A stretch of DNA of 64,000 nt from positions 30,975-94,974 of the forward strand of contig CAVVGT010000012.1 of the NCBI GenBank assembly GCA_963747775.1, in the 5' to 3' direction. The notes beneath the pieces were generated by a model. It searched no databases, was not told the DNA's origin, and worked only from the letters and a program-made list of their open reading frames with translations. This stretch comes from an uncultured beta proteobacterium (lineage in GTDB: Bacteria; Pseudomonadota; Gammaproteobacteria; Burkholderiales; SG8-39). This document shows, piece after piece, positions 1-10,108 of this stretch (the stretch's first letter is position 1; every line of letters starts with the position of its first letter). Position numbers and translations under genes: made by a program.

Positions 1-1252
1 AGTTTTGCCTTTCGTTGTACATCGTGAGCGACCAGAAGGCGCGTACCGGCGGAAGCTCGTCTTTATTGAAATGTAGTATGTACCGGTTGTCGCTACTGAA
101 AGGCTTGCCATCGGCATCGGTGACTGCCGAGGGATAGACCGCATCTTCGATTGTGTTGGCGCCGATACCGACATAGGCGATCATTGCCCGGCTCAAATAA
201 TCAGCGCCGTAAGTTCCAACAGCGGTGAGGTTAGTGCGCCAGCCTGCGTTTGCTACGCCGGCCCGCAAAAACCTTGCCCTGATTTTCTTTAACGCGAGCG
301 GCCCAGCTTCGCTCAATGCGCTCTGAACCTCGGGCGATGCCTTGTCGAGCGCGAAGGGCTTACCCGGTTCGATCCCCATGCGTCGCATCTGCTCGAGGAT
401 CGGATAGTCGTTCGCGTGCGGCGGGTTCAGCTTAGTCAGTTCGGTGAACAGCGAGAAATACGCAGCCGAGCCGAGCTTTTCTACTTGATCGACTGCCGGC
501 GTCTTCATGTCCCAATCGGGATTGATTGCTGCTGCCGGCGGCCGATACGATTTGCCCCATTCGCTGAGTGGCGTCGTGATTAGCCCGGCCTGAAATTTGT
601 GCACGGCGTCGTAGTCAGCTTTGCCGTTGGTCTGCGTGCGCCCGATCACCCAGCCACACGCGGTCGGACTACGAACGAGCATGGCCCCCGAAGGGAGTTG
701 GCCTTGCCAGCGCGGCTCGGCAATCGCAAGTAACTGCGCACTGGTCCCAGTCGTGCGTGAGCCTGTGCTTTGGAAAACGTCGGTCCACATGTCAAGCATC
801 GGCAGCAGATAATAGCGCCCTGCCGAATCGGGCACATTAATCAACAGTGGCTCTTTCGACACGTCGAACCACATCAGCGAATACAGAGTGTCCGCGTTCG
901 GCCGTGCGATGTCCGTGTAGGTGGCGTCAGGGAATGCCGGCAAATTCGCAAATTGGTTCATCGGTGCCTTGGCGAACTGGCGAGTGTCGGCGACATTGGT
1001 GCTGAGCCGGCGCGTCATTTCCATGCTGATAAGCGGATAGGTGTATAGGTAGGCGTTTACTGCAACTTCACCGATCTGATCGGAAGGAAGCGCAGCAGAC
1101 ACGGCTACGGGACGCTGCTGCGCTTGCGCCGTGTGAATACGCGCCGCTGATCCCATCGCCATTGCGACGGCAAGCGTGGTCCCGCCCAGCAGGATTTTGC
1201 GCCGACTGACGGCACCGTCTATCACCTTGGTCTTCTCGTCTTGAACTCGCAT
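1..1252 (-). CDS. DUF1254/DUF1214 domain exported protein (3' end runs off window)
   Basis: Not in the ORF track. Manual translation from ATG 1252 (AGGAGG RBS) gives MRVQDEKTKVIDGAVSRRKILLGG.. (twin-Arg), AYLYTYPL, RPNADTLYS, GRYYLLPMLDMWTDVF and PPVRAFWSLTMY, typical of the family. Confidence 0.88.
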   Translation of the reverse strand, partial: MRVQDEKTKVIDGAVSRRKILLGGTTLAVAMAMGSAARIHTAQAQQRPVAVSAALPSDQIGEVAVNAYLYTYPLISMEMTRRLSTNVADTRQFAKAPMNQFANLPAFPDATYTDIARPNADTLYSLMWFDVSKEPLLINVPDSAGRYYLLPMLDMWTDVFQSTGSRTTGTSAQLLAIAEPRWQGQLPSGAMLVRSPTACGWVIGRTQTNGKADYDAVHKFQAGLITTPLSEWGKSYRPPAAAINPDWDMKTPAVDQVEKLGSAAYFSLFTELTKLNPPHANDYPILEQMRRMGIEPGKPFALDKASPEVQSALSEAGPLALKKIRARFLRAGVANAGWRTNLTAVGTYGADYLSRAMIAYVGIGANTIEDAVYPSAVTDADGKPFSSDNRYILHFNKDELPPVRAFWSLTMYNERQN

Positions 1253-1372
1253 CTGTCCCTCCTGATGGTGATGCGGGTCGCACCCGAGGAAACTCTGAAC
1301 CAGATGCGCTAGGGGAAAAATTGCCCGAAGGGCCAATACCGCCGTGTAAATAGGAAAGTAACGCTGCCTTTA

Positions 1373-1445
1373 ATGTCCGCTTTGGGTCATTAGCAGACAT
1401 TTGCAGTGCAAAACGTCATGTCCGCTTTGTGCCAATAGCGGACAT
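1373..1445. repeat. REP/BIME-like palindrome cluster, 2 units
   Basis: ATGTCCGCTTTGGGTCATTAGCAGACAT + 17-nt linker + ATGTCCGCTTTGTGCCAATAGCGGACAT. Confidence 0.85.
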
Positions 1446-1453
1446 CGCGAGAC

Positions 1454-2432
1454 TTATTCGATCACCTCGTCAGCCGCGACCAGTAGATTTTGTGGAATAG
1501 CAAGTCCGAGCGTCCTAGCGGTTCTCAGGTTGACGACCAATTCGAACCGGCTCGATTGCACGACTGGCAAATCGCCAGCTTTATCGCCCCTAAGGATTCG
1601 GCCGGCATAAGCGCCAGCCTGACGATCTGGTAACGCTCGCTCCGTAGCTCATCAACCCACCCGCAGTCACAAAATCCCGCGTTTCATAGATCGTGGGCAA
1701 GGCGTGCCGCGCGGCCACAGCGACGAGCGCACTGCGATTGCTGTTAAAGAACGGATCGGTGAAATGTATGAGCGCACCAAGATGTTGGCGCGCAGCAGCA
1801 GCAAACGTCGGTTCGAGGTCGCGCTCGCCAACAATATCGAGAAACAGTATTTTTCGTCCAAGCGTAGCAGCGGCAGTCTCGATCTGCTTCCTGTCCGCCG
1901 CATATCTCGGCTCCTGCGGGCGCCCTAGAAATCCGATGATGGCCTCTTTCGCCACCAGTTGCGACGCCAGCTCCAGACGCTTGTCAACAAGCTGAGCCCC
2001 CAGAAAACTCACACCCGTGACATTTCCACCAGGCCTGTTGAGGCTTGTTACGAAGCCGAGTTTGACGGGGTCGCTTGCGGCCGTGAAAACGATGGGAATT
2101 GTTGCAGTAGCGGCCTTAGCTGAAATCGTCGCCCAAAGGCTGCCGCCGGTGATCAGTGTAGCGACCGGACGGTTGACCAGCTCAACCGCCATCGCAGGCA
2201 GCCTCTCGTCATGGCCGTCTGCCCAGCGATATTCAATGACGACGTTTTGACCCTCGACAAAACCTAAATCCTGCAGGCCAAGGCGAATTCCGGCTGCGTT
2301 ATGGGAAAAGCTGTCGGCGGACTGTCCGTTCAACATCCCGACCACTGGCATGGCCGACTGCTGGGCGCGAGCTGCGAGGGGCCAAACTACCGCCGCGCTG
2401 CCGACCAAGGTGATGAATTCTCGCCGCCTCAT
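1454..2432 (-). pseudogene. ABC transporter substrate-binding protein (ABC_sub_bind/DUF534 type), frameshift near 1625
   Basis: MRRREFITLVGS..IEYRWADG..GGLMSYG. The C-terminus ([19 protein letters not shown]) continues in another frame to TAA at 1454. May be a sequencing error. Confidence 0.85.
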
Positions 2433-2498
2433 TGTAGCCCCCGAGGCTCAAGACGCGACATGTTACACGTCCAATCCGGAAGATTGGAAGCGTAGCTA

Positions 2499-2617
2499 AT
2501 GTCAGCTTTGGGTCAAAAGCAGACATGTGCAGCGCAAGAGGTCATATCCGCTTTACCCCCAATAGCGGACATGTGCAGTGCAACTCGGTATGTCCGCTTT
2601 GTGCCAAAAGCAGACAT
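2499..2617. repeat. REP/BIME-like palindrome cluster, 3 units
   Basis: Units at 2499-2526, 2544-2572 and 2590-2617, separated by two 17-nt GTGCAG(C/T)GCAA linkers. Confidence 0.85.
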
Positions 2618-2625
2618 TCGTCCTG

Positions 2626-3606
2626 CTACTCGATCACCTCGTCCGCGCGCCCAATTATTGTGTTGGGGATGTTGAGGCCAAGCGCCTTTGCAGTTTTGAG
2701 ATTGATGACCAGCTCGACCTTGGTGGCCTGTTGAACCGGAAGATTGGCCGGCTTCTCCCCCTTTAGAATCCGGCCGGCGTATACTCCGACCAAACGATAA
2801 GGCTCCGCGAAATCGGCTCCGTAACTCATAAGACCGCCGGCGACCGGAAACTCCCGGTACGCATATATGGTTGGCACTGCATGGCGAGCCGCCAGCTCGA
2901 CGAGCCGATCACGCTGGTTCAGAAAAAATATTTCGCCGCTTACCACAAGTGCACCTACCCGCTGACCGATAAGTACCTCGAAAACCGATTCGATCTCGCT
3001 GGGACTACTTGCATTCAGAATCACCACGCGCGCGCCGAGGGCACGTGCGGCGTCCTGTACGGTCGCCCTTTCAGTCGCGGTTTGGGCGACGTTAGCCGGG
3101 TTGACGAGGACCGCGATCGTAGAAGCCGGAGGCATCAGGCTGTGCATCAGCTCAAAGCATTTTTTGAATAGCTCGACGTTCAGGTTAGTAACACCAGTTA
3201 TGTTGCCGCCGGGCTGCGCTAGGCTGGCGACGAGACCAATTCCGACGGGATCGGTACCGACAATAAAAGCGATCGGGATTGTCTGAGTGGCCGCCTTAGC
3301 AGCCAGGGAAGCTGGTGTGCTGGCCGCAACGATGACTGCTACCTGACGGCGAACCAAATCCGCAGCCAGTGCAGGTAGCCGCTCATTTTGACCCTCTATC
3401 CATCGATACTCGATCCCTACGGTGCGGCCCTCAACAAATCCTTCACCGGCTAAACTTCGATGGAATGCGGCAACATAGTCACGCGCCATTTCAGATGTTC
3501 CAGCACTGAGAAACCCGATGATGGGCATCGCTGGCTGCTGCGCGCGCGCCGCGATCGGCCAAGCAATTGCACCGCCGAGAAGGGTGATGAACTCGCGCCG
3601 TCGCAT
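2626..3606 (-). CDS. ABC transporter substrate-binding protein (ABC_sub_bind/DUF534 type)
   Basis: MRRREFITLLGGA..GGNITG..GGLMSYG..ILKGEKPANLPVQQATKVELVINLKTAKALGL..ADEVIE. Confidence 0.93.
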   Translation of the reverse strand: MRRREFITLLGGAIAWPIAARAQQPAMPIIGFLSAGTSEMARDYVAAFHRSLAGEGFVEGRTVGIEYRWIEGQNERLPALAADLVRRQVAVIVAASTPASLAAKAATQTIPIAFIVGTDPVGIGLVASLAQPGGNITGVTNLNVELFKKCFELMHSLMPPASTIAVLVNPANVAQTATERATVQDAARALGARVVILNASSPSEIESVFEVLIGQRVGALVVSGEIFFLNQRDRLVELAARHAVPTIYAYREFPVAGGLMSYGADFAEPYRLVGVYAGRILKGEKPANLPVQQATKVELVINLKTAKALGLNIPNTIIGRADEVIE

Positions 3607-3687
3607 GTGCCCTCCGTGAGGCTCAGGACAGGCCATCGTATCGCGTCAAATGGGCAAACTGGAAGGGGTCGGGTCTGAGGACAGCCG

Positions 3688-3715
3688 ATGTCCGCTTTGG
3701 GTCAAAAGCGGACAT
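3688..3715. repeat. Single REP-like palindrome
   Basis: ATGTCCGCTTTGGGTCAAAAGCGGACAT. Confidence 0.85.
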
Positions 3716-3718
3716 CGG

Positions 3719-3880
3719 TCAATTGTTAGGACCGACCGCTGCCAACCAATCTGCAGCGCGCTCGCTCGCCCAGCATCTAGCGGTAAGGTTGGCAAGACTC
3801 GGCACGGTCGGGAATACCGAGGCATCGATGACGTAAAGATTATCAGTCCCGCGAATTCGCTTAGTCGCTCCGAAACCGCC
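3719..3880 (-). pseudogene. GMC oxidoreductase C-terminal remnant
   Basis: RIRGTDNLYVIDASVFPTVPSLAN...SERAADWL matches the GMC_oxred_C tail; no upstream part of the gene is present. Confidence 0.65.
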
Positions 3881-3980
3881 CCAGCACATCGGAGGTGAAC
3901 AATGATGCTCATTCACAAGTTTGCTACTTGCCTCTCGTAACGTTCGTAAAATCAGAACTGCCGTGTGATACGATTGCAAC

Positions 3981-4493
3981 ATGGCAAAGTACATCGCGCT
4001 GCTTCGTGCTGTGAACGTTGGCGGAACTGGCAAGCTCTCAATGGCCGACCTGAGAGCGATGTGCACTAACGCAGGTTTCGCTCGTGTCGAAACTTACATT
4101 GCGAGTGGCAATATTGCCTTCGAAAGCAAGGCCGCCCCATCAAGAGTGAAGGCGAAGCTTGAGAGTCGTTTGCTCGCCTATGCGGGCAAGCCCGTAGGAG
4201 TCGTGGTTCGGACGGCACCAGAAATGGTGGCCATACTTAAGGCTAATCCGTTCCCAAAGGCGGAGCCGAAGCACACGTATGCGGTTTTCCTCGATCGCCG
4301 CCCCCCACGCGACGCCTTGGATCATGTGGTCGGGCAAAATGATGAGGAGATACGTCTCGGTGATAGAGAGATTTTCGTCCACTACAGGAATGGCATGGGC
4401 CGCTCTAAACTCAAGATTCCAGCAGCCAGAAAGGGCACGGCGCGCAACATGAACACTGTTGCGAAACTGGCAGAAATCGCATCGAAGCCCTGA
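3981..4493 (+). CDS. DUF1697 family protein
   Basis: YIALLRAVNVGG, VETYIASGN and TARNMNTV motifs. Confidence 0.9.
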   Translation: MAKYIALLRAVNVGGTGKLSMADLRAMCTNAGFARVETYIASGNIAFESKAAPSRVKAKLESRLLAYAGKPVGVVVRTAPEMVAILKANPFPKAEPKHTYAVFLDRRPPRDALDHVVGQNDEEIRLGDREIFVHYRNGMGRSKLKIPAARKGTARNMNTVAKLAEIASKP

Positions 4494-4523
4494 GCAAAGT
4501 TTCCAATCTATCAAACGGTAAAG

Positions 4524-4640
4524 TTGGTCGCTTTGGCACAAAGCGGACATCCCTAGTTGCAATGCACTGTCCGCTTTCGGGGGTAAAGCGGACATCGCGT
4601 TCGCATCGCAAAATGTCTGCTAATGACCCAAAGCGGACAT
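4524..4640. repeat. REP/BIME-like palindrome cluster, 3 units, inverted relative to the others
   Basis: Units end AAAGCGGACAT at 4550, 4595 and 4640, with 17-nt linkers. Confidence 0.83.
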
Positions 4641-4704
4641 TGCGCGCTTCTAGTATGTTGGTTTAAGTCGGTATGATGGCTGGTCCCGAGCCTCAAGGGC
4701 CTCA

Positions 4705-5073
4705 ATGAGACGGCGCGAGTTCACGATCCTTCTCGCGAGTGCGGCGGCGTGGCCGGGCGTTGCTATTGCACAGCAGGATAATAAGAAACGGCTAGTCGGT
4801 TTGATTTCTGCATTCAACGACAAAGAAATGATGCCGCTTGTCGCAGCATTTCGCGCACGGATGCAAGAGCTGGGATGGGTCGAGGGTCAAAACATTGTTT
4901 TCGACGTTAGGACTACCAGCGGAGACTATACAAAGTTAGATACAGAAGCAGGTAGTTTAGTCTTGGCCGCAGCCGATGTAATTGTTGCCCAGGGAACACC
5001 TGGCCTCGTCGCTGCAAAAAAATCAACCAAGACCGTACCAGTAGTGTTCATGCAAGTTGCAGAGAGCGATTGA
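4705..5073 (+). pseudogene. ABC substrate-binding protein, truncated at the junction
   Basis: MRRREFTILLAS..LGWVEGQNI..KTVPVVFMQVA then stops where DPV.. is expected; 122 aa versus ~325 aa for the paralogs. Confidence 0.85.
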
Positions 5074-5091
5074 TCGACGGTTTGGCTCACC
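5062..5091. other. Probable chimeric or recombination junction
   Basis: Genes are broken on both sides, GC and codon style shift abruptly, and the palindrome family disappears. Confidence 0.75.
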
Positions 5092-5655
5092 TACGAATAC
5101 GCGGGCAAGAGCTACGCGGGACGCTTCGCGCACGCGGCAGGCGCGAATACCTGCACCAGCTGCCACGATGCGCACGGCGGGCAGCTGGCGTGGGAGAACT
5201 GCGCCGCGTGCCACAAGAAGACCGGGATCAAGAGCGAGGCCGAAATCGTGAAGATCCGCATGACTGCGGGCGACTGGGACGGCAACGGCGCCCAGGAGGG
5301 AGCGGCTCAGGAAATCGCGAGCCTGCAGGAGCAGCTCTACGCGGCGATCCAGCAGTACTCGCGCGCGGTGGGCGGCGTGCAGATCGCCTTCTCGCCCGAG
5401 GCCTTCCCCTATTGGTACGCGGACCGCAACGGCAACGGCAAGATCGACCCGGACGAGCTGAAGCCCGACAACAAGTACCCGGCCTACACGCCGCGGCTGC
5501 TGCAGGCGGTCTACAACTACACCTTCTCGATCCGCGATCCCGGCGCCGCCTATCACAACGGCAAGTACACGGCGCAGCTGCTGCACGACTCGCTCGAGAG
5601 CCTCGCGCAGAGCGGCAAGGCCGGCGCGAGCGTCCAGGGCAAGATCCGACCCTAG
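5092..5655 (+). CDS. Multiheme cytochrome c, C-terminal fragment (polyheme/OmcB-like)
   Basis: In frame upstream of ORF 5248: YEYAGKSYAGRFAH..CTSCH..CAACH; then DWDGNG, DRNGNG and the AYHNGKYTAQLLHDS terminal motif. Confidence 0.82.
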   Translation, partial: YEYAGKSYAGRFAHAAGANTCTSCHDAHGGQLAWENCAACHKKTGIKSEAEIVKIRMTAGDWDGNGAQEGAAQEIASLQEQLYAAIQQYSRAVGGVQIAFSPEAFPYWYADRNGNGKIDPDELKPDNKYPAYTPRLLQAVYNYTFSIRDPGAAYHNGKYTAQLLHDSLESLAQSGKAGASVQGKIRP

Positions 5656-5669
5656 CCGTCGACCGAGGG

Positions 5670-6969
5670 CTACTTGAAGACGTCCTTCACCAGCAGGTCC
5701 GGCAGCCAGGTGGCGAGCTCCGGGAAGAAGATCACCAGCAGCAGCACGATGGCGTCGCCGATGAAGAAGGGAATGCGTCCCTTGACCACCTGCTGCAGCG
5801 GGATCTTGGAGGTGCCGCTGACGGCGAACAGGTTCAGGCCCACCGGCGGCGTCACCACGCCCATCTCGATGTTCAGCGTCAGCATGATGCCGAGGCGCCA
5901 CCGGGTCGATCTTCATCGCGTAGGCGACCGGGAAGATCACCGGCACGGTGAGCAGGATCATCGCCACGCCGTCGACGAACATGCCGAGGATCAGCAGCAC
6001 GCCCATGTAGGCGAAGATGAAGCCGAGCGGGGTCAGGCCCCAGCCGACGATGGTGTCGGTGATCTTCTGCGGCCAGTACATGTTGGCGGCGAGGAACTGG
6101 AACACGCCGACGCTGCCGATCAGGAACATGATCACGCCGGTCAGGTTCATCGCGCGCATCGCCGTCGGCAGCAGCTCGCGCACGAACTCGCTGCGGCCGA
6201 CGATCAGAGCCGTAGACCATCGCGTAGCCGCAGGCCGCGGCCGCGGCCTCGGTGGGCGTGAACAGGCCGCCGTAGAGGCCGCCGAGGATGACCACCGGCA
6301 TGCCGAGCGCGGGCAGCGCGCCCTTCGACTCGCGCAGCACCCGGCCGCCCTCGAACCTGCCGCCGCGCGGCAGCTTGAGCCATAGCGCGATGCAGCATGA
6401 TGGTGATGATGTAGCCGAGCGCGAGCAGCAGGCCCGGGATCACGCCGGCGAAGAACAGCCGCACGATCGAGGTCTCGGTGACGATGCCGTAGATCAGCAG
6501 CGGGATGCTCGGCGGGATCAGGATGGCGATGCCGCCGGCGGTCGCCACCAGCCCGCCCGAGAGCCAGTCGGGGTAGCCGCGCTTCCTCATCTCCGGGATC
6601 GCGATCACCGACATCGCCGCCGCCATCGCCACGCTCGAGCCGGAGATGGCGCCGAACAGCACGCAGGCGAGCACGGTCGCGACGCCGAAGCCGCCCGGCA
6701 GGTGGCCGACCAGCGAATCGGCGAAGCTGAACAGCTGCTCGATCAGGCCGGTCTTCTCCATCAGGAAGCCGGCGAAGATGAACAGCGGGATCGCGGTGAG
6801 CGAGTAGCGCGCGATGAAGCTGAAGAACTGGCGGAAGATGACGGTCGGCTCGAGCAGCGGGTCGACCATGATGTAGGCCGCCGCCGCGGAGCTGAGCGCG
6901 ATGCCGATCGGCACCGCGAGCAGCAGCAGCGCGAACAGCGACGATGCCGACGATCGCCATCTCGTCCAT
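5670..6969 (-). CDS. dctM: TRAP transporter large permease (frameshifted)
   Basis: Pieces: AIPLFIFAG, FGAISGSS, LIPPSIPLLIYG, GLFTPTEAA, EMGVVTPPVGLNLF. Confidence 0.88.
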
Positions 6970-7536
6970 CAGCGTGCGCCGTCAATCCGCCTGTCGTCGA
7001 CCGGCTCCTCGAGCACGGTGCGCCCGCGCAGCGCCTGCACTGCCGTAGATCTGGAACAGCATGGTGATCCCCATGCAGGCGAAGGAGACCAGCAGCGACG
7101 GCGAGGAACGGCCACATCGGGAAGGCGAGGCTCTCGGTGCGCGTCTCGTACTTGATGCGTCCTCGACCTCCGGCAAGCCCCACCAGACGACCGCCGACCA
7201 TGAAGGCGCACGAGAACACGAGCGCGACCAGCTTCACGACCTCGGCGCCGCTGCGCCAGCGCCCGCCGAACGCGTCGAACAGCTCCGGGATCAGCGTGAC
7301 GGTGAGGTGCGCGTCACGCCGCTGCGAGACGCTGAAGTAGAGGAACACCCCGCTCAGGATGAAGAAGGTGACCGCGTCCTGCTGCCACTCGAAGGACACG
7401 GCCGAGGACGTAGCGCCGCCCCACCTCGAGCAGCGCGAGCAGCGTGGAGCCGACGAACAGGACCGCGGCGGCGGGCGCCAGGAAGCCGGTCCTGGAACGC
7501 ACGCCAGGCCGCGTACGCCTTCTCCACGGTGCGCAC
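6969..7536 (-). CDS. dctQ: TRAP transporter small permease (frameshifted)
   Basis: EVGRRYVLG..SFEWQQDAVTFFIL..RRDAHLTV..FPMWPF; lies between dctP and dctM. Confidence 0.78.
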
Positions 7537-7539
7537 TAC

Positions 7540-8678
7540 CTACGGATGACGATCTTCGAGGCGTGCTTCGAGCAGTCGATCTTCTCGATCCACGACGAGC
7601 CCGGCGGGTGCTGCCGCGACAGCTCCTGGCCTTCCTTGCGAAGTTGTCGACCAGCTGCTGGCCGGCGGCGGCATCTTGCTCTTCATCCAGTTCGCCGGGC
7701 CGTCGCCCAGCGCGCCGGTGAGCGTGCGTCGACCTCCTGCGGGGTCATCCAGTACACGCCCGGCTTGGACGGGTCCTTGGTGCCGTACTTGTCGTAGGTC
7801 ATCTTGTCGACGCACCAGTTGAGTTCCTTCTGCACCTGGATGGTCTCGGCGACCAGCTTCTCGAGCGCCTCCTGCGTCGGCTGGGCAGGCGGTCCCACCA
7901 GCGCCGGCTCGCGCTGACCATGTAGTAGTCGCCGGTGAACACGCCCGCGCCGCCGGTCGTGTAGAAGGGCGACTGCTCGCGCACGCCGAGCCAGCCGCCG
8001 ATGCTGGTCATCAGGCCGTCGATCACGCCCGATTCGAGCGCGCTCGGCACCTCGCCGAACGCCATCACCACCGGGCTCGCCTTCCAGGACTCGAGCACCG
8101 GGTTCTCCGCCGGGCCCATGCTGCGCACCTTGCGGCCGATGAAGTCCTCGGGCTTGAGGTAGCGCTTCTTGCCGCCCACGCCCATGCCGAAGCTCATGTG
8201 CCCGGCGCCGAACACCTTGATCGCCTGCTGCTTCTGCAGCCGGTCGACCAGGATCTGGTAGGTCTTGGTCTTCTCGAGGTTGTCGACCGCGCCGACCGTG
8301 GTCAGGATGCCCGGGCCCGACCACCGCCATCATGTACGGGTCGACCGGCGCCGCCTTGCCCATCTGCATCCAGGTCATCTCGAGGTTGCCCTGGCGCATC
8401 GCCTCGAAGGCCTCGGGGATCGTGTAGAGCGCGCCGGCGTAGTAGAGGCGCGCCTCGCTGCCGGGGATGACCTGCGGCAGGCGGTCGCCGAAGTACTTCA
8501 TCGCCAGCCCCGCCGGGTGCGGCGGCGCCGGGAAATCGGACACGAAGCGCAGCACGACGGGCTTCGGCGGGTCTGTGCGTGCGGCGACGCGGTCCGGCGC
8601 GCCGATCGCGGCGAGCGCGCCACGAGGGCCGCGAGCGCGAACTGCGTTGGACAGACGTCGCGTCTGATCGTGATGCAT
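7540..8678 (-). CDS. dctP: TRAP substrate-binding protein (frameshifted)
   Basis: VLRFVSDFP, EAMRQGNLEM, PEDFIGRKVR, MAFGEVPSALESGVIDG. Confidence 0.83.
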
Positions 8679-8801
8679 GATCCTCCTCCTCGAAGGTGGT
8701 CGCGCAGCGGGACCGGTTCCGATGCGTCTGCGATCGAAGACCCCTCGCAGCGCCGGCTTCCGCGCTGATACGGAAACGGGTAGATTCTAGCCAGGAGGAG
8801 A

Positions 8802-9331
8802 ATGCCAATGAGAAAGCTAATCTGCACCGTCGCCGCAGTCGCGTTGCTGGCGGCGTGCCAGAGCCGTCACCGGATGAACCGCCGCGCGCCACTGCTGCAC
8901 TGCAGCCGACCAAGGGCAGCAAGGCCTTCGGCGAGGCGACCTTCGAGCAGGTCGGCGACAAGGTCCGCGTGATCGTGTTCGCCCAGGGGCTCAAGCCCGA
9001 CGGCGAGCACGGCTTCCACATCCACGAAGCCGGCGACTGCAGCTCGGGCGACGGCATGAGCGCCAAGGGCCACTTCAACCCGTACGGCAAGCCGCACGGC
9101 AACCCGACTTCCGCCGAGCGCCACGCCGGCGACCTGCCCGTCGCTCAAGGCCGGCAAGGACGGCCGCGCCAAGATCGACGTGACGCTGGACGTCATCACC
9201 GCTGCGTCCGGGCGCCGGCGAGCATCGTCGGCCGCGGCCTCATCATCCACGCCGACCCGGACGACTACAAGACGCAGCCCACCGGCAACGCCGGCGCGCG
9301 CATCGCCTGCGGCGTGATCAAGGCGGGCTGA
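8802..9331 (+). CDS. sodC: Cu/Zn superoxide dismutase, lipoprotein (frameshifted)
   Basis: AGGAGGAG RBS and MPMRKLICTVAAVALLAAC lipobox; HGFHIHE, GHFNP, RHAGDLP, IIHADPDDY, GNAGARIACGVI. Confidence 0.9.
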
Positions 9332-10079
9332 GCGCCGCGGGGGTCCACGGGGAGCGGCGCTCGCCGCGAGGCCGGAACATCCCCCGCGAGCGTGATCCGG
9401 TGCATCAGTCGCCGGTACCCGTGGTAGTCGTTCACCGGGTTGTGCTGCGTGCAACGGTTGTCCCAGAAGGCGATCGAGCCCGGCTGCCGGGAGAAGCGAC
9501 AGGTGAATTCGGGGCGCACCTGGTGCCGAAAGAGGAAGTCCAGCAGCGGCGCGCTCTCCGCCTCGGTCATGCCCGAGAAGCGCATCGTGTGGCCGAGGTT
9601 TACGTAGAGCGCCTTGCGGCCGGTTTCCGGGTGGGTGCGCACCACCGGGTGCTCGGCGACCCGGTCGGCGCGCGCCGCGTCGGCGCCGGCGGCCCTGATG
9701 CGGTCCTCGCGCGTCGTCGAGGCGTCGGCCTTGGCGGAGCTGTTCACCGCCCTGAGGCCTGCAAGCATCCCCTTCATCGTGTCCGAGAGCGCGTCATGGG
9801 CCGCGTACATGCTCGCGAACAGCGTGTCCCCGCCGTACGGCGGCACTTCGCGCGCGAGCAGCATCGAGCCCATCGGCGGGCGCTCGAGGTAAGTGGTGTC
9901 GCTGTGCCAGACGGCGCCGAACGCGGTGCGCTCGTGCTCGAGCTTCTTCACTTCGATGATCTCGGGAAAGTCCGCGATCCCCTTCACGAACGGGTATTCC
10001 ACCGGTTCGCCGAAGCACCGCGCGAACGCGAGGCGGAGATCTCCGCGCCCAGCGCACCGGCAATGCGCCTGATCCGCAC
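9265..10079 (-). pseudogene. tauD: TauD/TfdA-family 2-oxoglutarate dioxygenase with internal deletion
   Basis: WHSDTT, HPVVRTHPETG, WDNRCTQH. The N-terminal VRIRRIAGALGAEIS is joined out of frame to LAFARCFGEPVEYP at ~10035. No stop at the usual GDVP end (~9370). Confidence 0.8.
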
Positions 10080-10108
10080 GGTTTCGACGCGCTGCTTCGA
10101 CTGCGCGC

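Noticed and set aside
1068-4611. Short ORFs starting MSANDPKRT, MSAFDPKLT, MSALPPKAD or containing CPLCA/CPLWV
   Set aside because: They are translations of the palindromic repeats, not genes.
1373-4640. Regularly spaced 28-bp palindromes as a CRISPR array
   Set aside because: Only 1-3 units per cluster, with 17-nt linkers similar to one another, variable repeat loops and no cas genes; this fits REP/BIME elements.
5061-5091. Junction spacer as a sequencing adapter or Sau3AI cloning scar
   Set aside because: GATC is present but is common here, and I see no convincing match to adapter sequences I know.
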